64,000 nucleotides of DNA from Leptolyngbya sp. BL-A-14 (lineage in GTDB: Bacteria > Cyanobacteriota > Cyanobacteriia > Leptolyngbyales > Leptolyngbyaceae), in assembly GCA_041937185.1 (NCBI GenBank), contig CP166621.1, forward strand, positions 2,388,571 to 2,452,570. Direction: 5' to 3'. Shown piece by piece: positions 59,893-64,000 of the stretch. Position numbers and translations under genes: made by a program. Within the stretch, counting starts at the first letter, position 1; each line of letters starts with the position of its first letter. The notes beneath the pieces are model-generated. The model was not told where the DNA came from, did no database searches, and saw nothing but the letters and a program-made list of their open reading frames with translations.

Positions 59893-60624
59893 TCATTGAG
59901 GTCGTTCTTGGGTACTTTGACCAACCAGACTAGCGATGGTTGATATCATTTCAATGCGATCGATCGGGGTGGGCACATGGGTTGCAAAGCCCATTTTTAT
60001 GGCCCTTCCCCGTTCTTCGGGGCGATGTTGGGGCAGCATGGCAATCAGCACGGGAGCTTGATGTGAAATGGCTTCAATTTGTTTCTGCTGCGACATGAGT
60101 AACCGGGCTGTAGCGGCGTTCAAAAGCGATAAATCGACCAGCACTGCATCCGAAGAGACTTGATGAAATAACGTAAGCAGCAATTCAGCCGACGTTGCCG
60201 CGATCGTCGTCATCCGATGAGTTGTGAGCGTGCTACAAAGTGATTCAGCATCAGGGGATGCGACTAAAATCCGCAGTCCTTCCAGGCGACAGTAGTTGAA
60301 TTGATAATCGGGTTGATAGCTTCTGCCCCATTCACACATCAGCTCGGTGATGGGTACAAATGTTTGCCCAAGCGGAGTGAGTGCATATTCTACCCGTGGC
60401 GGTGTCTCAGGATACGATTCTCGGCAAACTAAATTAGCCTGTTCTAATTCACGTAATTGATGGGTCAGTACTTTTGGCGAGATGCGAGGAATCAGCAGCT
60501 TTAACTCGCTAAACCGTCTGGCATCTCGTCTAAGCCACCAAAGAATGAGACATTTCCATTTGCCGCCGATCGTGGCGATCGTCACTTCGACCGGACAGGC
60601 GTACTTCTCAACCTTAGTATCCAT
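59893..60624 (-). CDS. HxlR-family winged-helix regulator fused to a CheY-like (possibly pseudo-) receiver domain
   Basis: CPVEVTIATIGGKWKCLILWWL...RFSEL...PRVEYALTPLG HxlR signature; C-terminal (beta/alpha)5-like region with DAVLVDLSL and AIKMGF. Confidence 0.7.
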   Translation of the reverse strand: MDTKVEKYACPVEVTIATIGGKWKCLILWWLRRDARRFSELKLLIPRISPKVLTHQLRELEQANLVCRESYPETPPRVEYALTPLGQTFVPITELMCEWGRSYQPDYQFNYCRLEGLRILVASPDAESLCSTLTTHRMTTIAATSAELLLTLFHQVSSDAVLVDLSLLNAATARLLMSQQKQIEAISHQAPVLIAMLPQHRPEERGRAIKMGFATHVPTPIDRIEMISTIASLVGQSTQERPQ

Positions 60625-60798
60625 TTGGTAACTTTTATCCTTCCGTTTTAAGATGCTTGTGCTTACTAAGGCTGTGGCAAGTAGAGCATCTGGTTCATAA
60701 AATCATGCTGCATACGCCTGTAAACGATAAACACCTTAGTTTGTAATGCGATTGAATCGTATGTGGTGCAATTGGAGCAAACGTTCGGGAGAATATCC

Positions 60799-61560
60799 AT
60801 GCAAATTAGCAATTCAGTTGCGTTGGTGACAGGTGCAAACGGTGGTCTTGGCTCTCAATTTGTGTCGGAGTTGCTGCATTTACAGGCAGCGAAGATCTAT
60901 GTCTGTGCTCGTCAGCTTCAAAAATTAAGCAGCCTCGTTGCGCTTGACTCTGCTCGCATTGTGCCCATTGAACTGGATGTGACCAACGTTCAATCGGTTT
61001 TAGCCGCGGCTGAACAGTGTCAGGATGTCACCATCTTGATCAATAATGCCGGCACGTCTCTCAATCAGGGTTTAATTGCGGCGACTAACCTGGAGGGTGC
61101 CCGCTCAGAGATGGAAGTAAATTACTTTGGCATGCTATCTATGTGCCGTGCGTTTGCGCCCATTTTGAAGCAACAGGGTGGTGGAGCCATTGTAAACGTC
61201 CTGTCGCTGTTAGGACGGGTGAATTTGCCCTTCAGTGGGACATACAGTGCTTCTAAAGCTGCCGCGATATCCATGACTCAAGGCATCCGTGCTGAACTGG
61301 CGGCACAAAAGACGCTGGTGATTGCTGTGATGCCAGGCACGATCGACACTGATTTGGCAAAGGAATGGCCGAATCCGAAAGTGGCCCCGGCTGAAGTTGC
61401 TAAGGCTGCCTTGAAGGCTCTAAGCGAGGATGTAGAGGATGTTTACCCAGGAGAACAGGCACAACAGGTTTCGGCTCAGTTGCTTAGCGACCCGAAAGGG
61501 GTTGAGAAATACATGGCAACCTTTTTGCCCGGTATGGTGCTAGCCGGAACCGATGCTTAA
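60799..61560 (+). CDS. SDR family oxidoreductase
   Basis: VALVTGANGGLG, NNAG and YSASK motifs. gggaga Shine-Dalgarno 7 nt before ATG 60799; ORF opens at 60763. Confidence 0.8.
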   Translation: MQISNSVALVTGANGGLGSQFVSELLHLQAAKIYVCARQLQKLSSLVALDSARIVPIELDVTNVQSVLAAAEQCQDVTILINNAGTSLNQGLIAATNLEGARSEMEVNYFGMLSMCRAFAPILKQQGGGAIVNVLSLLGRVNLPFSGTYSASKAAAISMTQGIRAELAAQKTLVIAVMPGTIDTDLAKEWPNPKVAPAEVAKAALKALSEDVEDVYPGEQAQQVSAQLLSDPKGVEKYMATFLPGMVLAGTDA

Positions 61561-61867
61561 AGTGATAGTGCCCTAAAGGCCAGACAGGTGAGAGGGTGGA
61601 TGGGCGGAAAATGCTTACCCTCTCACGCACTCCCCCTCACCCAACGAATCTCTATCGTTGCTTTAAGAGTACCCGCAGGGGTACTGCGGTAGCTTGACAA
61701 GTATCTTCAAGATGATAGTGGCAAACGAATAATCTCCCTCAATTAAAGAAGTAAGAGCTTATCGAATCGCTCAGCATAACTTCAATGGGGTTCTTTTCGA
61801 GACGCGGTTCAGTGTTAGGTCGCTGCTTGTATAAGTGTTTGCCACTTATCCTACTGAGAGACATTCA

Positions 61868-63808
61868 ATGCTACAGCTCAAACCTTTTCAAGATGAACTG
61901 CCCCTTCCCGAAACGGTATGTCCGGTAGACGCTGATCGTGATGCTGGTTTTCTAGAGATAACGGCCCAGCGAAAGTTCATACAACTCCATGCGGATCTTC
62001 CTGCGCCAACGCCTGTTTGGAGCTATCAATGCACCAAAGGACGAACAATACAATCTGGCACTGGAGAGACATTCTTGGGTCCCAGCATTGAGGTCAAACG
62101 CGCCGATACGGTGACAGTTGCCTGGAAGAACGAGATTCCTGCCGGTACGACCTTGCCGTATGAGGTGATCAAGGTGAACAGCACGGAACTGAACCCCGTG
62201 CCACAGAATTTGCCCGGACGTTGGGATGCTATTCCCTTAGACCAAGATACCGTCCGCAAGCAAGCACATAATCTTCAAGCAGGACTGGTCACGCACTTGC
62301 ATGGAGGGCGGACACAGGCAGATTACGATGGCTGGCCAGACAATACCGCTCTCGCAGGCGAGGTGGCTCATTATACGTATCACAATAATCAGGCATCGAC
62401 CATGTTGTGGTATCACGACCATGCCATGCATGTCACCCGGCTCAACGTTTATGCAGGGCTAGCAGGTGTCTGGCTGATCCGGGACGATGAGGAAGAAGCG
62501 CTCAACCTGCCTCAAGGAGATTACGAACTGCCCTTGGTCATTCAGGATCGTAACCTGGATGTTGATAACGATGGAAACTTTACGGGTGCGCTGCTCCACA
62601 AAGTTGAGGTCAATGGTGGAGTCGGCCCCGCAGAATTTTTTGGCCCCTATACCCTGGTGAATGGCAAAATTTGGCCGCGCGTGGCGGTCGAAGCAACGCT
62701 ATACCGTCTGCGGGTGTTGAATGGCTCGAATGCACGCACCTATCGTCTGATTTTTCTGGACGAAAACGGCAATAATCTCAATGCTCGCATCTGGCAAATT
62801 GGCAGCGATCAGGGGCTTTTGCCAAACAAAGTGCCCTTGCCAGAGACCGGGTTGATCCTGATGTCGTCGGAACGTGCAGACTTGCTTCTAGACTTTTCTG
62901 CTGTTGAAGGCAGTGTTTACCTGTGGAACACCGCAGACGCCCCCTTTGGCAACGATGACACTGCCCGACCGGATGCGCACGCCATTACCCAAGAGCTACT
63001 CAACCTGATTGCCGATCCGCATGTAACGGCAGAAGCAGTGGATCCTCAAAATGCCGATCGACGGAGGTTGTTTCCGCAGGTCATGCGCTTCGATATCGGG
63101 GCACGTCCTAAAGTTGACTTGGCGATCGTTCCAGCTGACCCGCTTCGGGCTGCACGTCCGCAACCGCCTGTAGACACTAACACCACCATCCGGTTCATGG
63201 CGTTGGTTGAAGAGCCTGCACCAGATCCCACGGATCCAGATGCGACAACGATGCTTGACTTTTGGGAGTTCGTCCCCATTAGTGATGGGCCTGTTCCCGA
63301 TGATGCCGAGATCGTTACCTTTAAGTTTCCGCATCCTGCCAGTGGGGAGATGCAGGTGCAGCAATGCTGGAAGGCAGCAACCAGATTCTATGACCGGGTG
63401 AACTGGTTTATCCACGTGGATGCGACCGAAGTCTGGTACATCGTCAATTTGAGCGGCGACTCCCATCCCATCCACGTTCATCTAGTGGACTTTTTGGTGA
63501 CGCAACGCTTCAAATATTTGTGGAATCATCGCGACCCGAATGATTCGACCAGTCCATCGTTCGACCCAGTTGAATTCAGGCTGATGGAAATCGAAGCAAC
63601 AACGCCTGTTAGCCTTGATCCCAATATAATTGGCGCTCCCAAGGACACAGTGCGTGTAGACCCAGGTCAAATGGTCGGCATTACGCTAACCTTTGCGCCG
63701 TACCCAGGGCGATACATGTATCACTGCCATATTCTCGAACACGAAGACCACGATATGATGCGTCCAATCGTGGTCGTGCCCAAGTGGGTGCCACACCACA
63801 ACCATTAA
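61868..63808 (+). CDS. Multicopper oxidase (CotA / bilirubin-oxidase-like, no signal peptide)
   Basis: Copper ligand motifs HLHGG, WYHDHAMH, HPIHVHLVDF and HCHILEHEDHDMM. Confidence 0.85.
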   Translation: MLQLKPFQDELPLPETVCPVDADRDAGFLEITAQRKFIQLHADLPAPTPVWSYQCTKGRTIQSGTGETFLGPSIEVKRADTVTVAWKNEIPAGTTLPYEVIKVNSTELNPVPQNLPGRWDAIPLDQDTVRKQAHNLQAGLVTHLHGGRTQADYDGWPDNTALAGEVAHYTYHNNQASTMLWYHDHAMHVTRLNVYAGLAGVWLIRDDEEEALNLPQGDYELPLVIQDRNLDVDNDGNFTGALLHKVEVNGGVGPAEFFGPYTLVNGKIWPRVAVEATLYRLRVLNGSNARTYRLIFLDENGNNLNARIWQIGSDQGLLPNKVPLPETGLILMSSERADLLLDFSAVEGSVYLWNTADAPFGNDDTARPDAHAITQELLNLIADPHVTAEAVDPQNADRRRLFPQVMRFDIGARPKVDLAIVPADPLRAARPQPPVDTNTTIRFMALVEEPAPDPTDPDATTMLDFWEFVPISDGPVPDDAEIVTFKFPHPASGEMQVQQCWKAATRFYDRVNWFIHVDATEVWYIVNLSGDSHPIHVHLVDFLVTQRFKYLWNHRDPNDSTSPSFDPVEFRLMEIEATTPVSLDPNIIGAPKDTVRVDPGQMVGITLTFAPYPGRYMYHCHILEHEDHDMMRPIVVVPKWVPHHNH

Positions 63809-64000
63809 TGCTGACCAGCGGGGCTAGTATCTGGTTTACCTACTACTAAGTGCCAGCTTACTAGCCACTGCTGCTCCCAATGGTTGCAGGCTAAAGGATG
63901 AAGACACGATCGTGATGGCATGCCACTGGTGAAGATGGAAAACGCTCGATCGCCCAGAAGCTTAGCCATAGCGCTCTTTACCTCTAGCGCACGCTAATCG

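Noticed and set aside
1-64000. tRNA, rRNA or tmRNA genes
   Set aside because: No T-arm GGTTCGAATCC-like box, acceptor/CCA context, or rRNA/tmRNA consensus stretches were found in any intergenic region on visual scanning. A tRNAscan/Infernal run would be the definitive check.

Overview
The window is a cyanobacterial chromosomal segment of about 55% GC. The highly iterated palindrome GCGATCGC (HIP1) occurs throughout, and degenerate heptanucleotide tandem arrays of the STRR type sit in many intergenic regions. Housekeeping genes are recognisable from conserved motifs: hemC, purS, ftsH, murD, queA, dnaG, nadC, argS, mtnP, nfi, birA and pfkA, plus a Ser/Thr kinase-CHASE2 sensor. Between them lie several AT-rich islands (about 40% GC) that look horizontally acquired. 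The most interesting content is accessory or defence-like.

- A 966-aa STAND NTPase with a helical N-terminal domain, a NACHT core and C-terminal pentapeptide repeats, convergent with a RelE/ParE-type toxin-antitoxin pair.
- An AT-rich reverse transcriptase of the Abi/UG (defence-associated) type with a C-terminal helical domain. It is split by an IS630-family insertion and a 1-nt frameshift; the insertion has TA target duplications, imperfect terminal inverted repeats and a programmed -1 frameshift at an A8 run. The pre-insertion reading frame can be reconstructed exactly.
- A GTG-overlapped small-protein plus retropepsin-like aspartic protease cassette, next to an AT-rich orphan ORF.
- A GNAT acetyltransferase immediately upstream of an orphan HicB antitoxin.
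- A nucleic-acid repair cluster: an alkyltransferase-like protein with Trp in place of the active-site Cys, a PD-(D/E)XK nuclease, a CX5R phosphatase and endonuclease III.
- Tandem Tat-secreted NMT1/SsuA-type substrate-binding paralogues flanking a creatininase-family amidohydrolase.
- Other accessory genes: a multi-SHOCT protein, an HxlR-receiver fusion regulator, a VapBC pair and a standalone B12-binding radical SAM enzyme.

No CRISPR array, rRNA or convincing tRNA was found.
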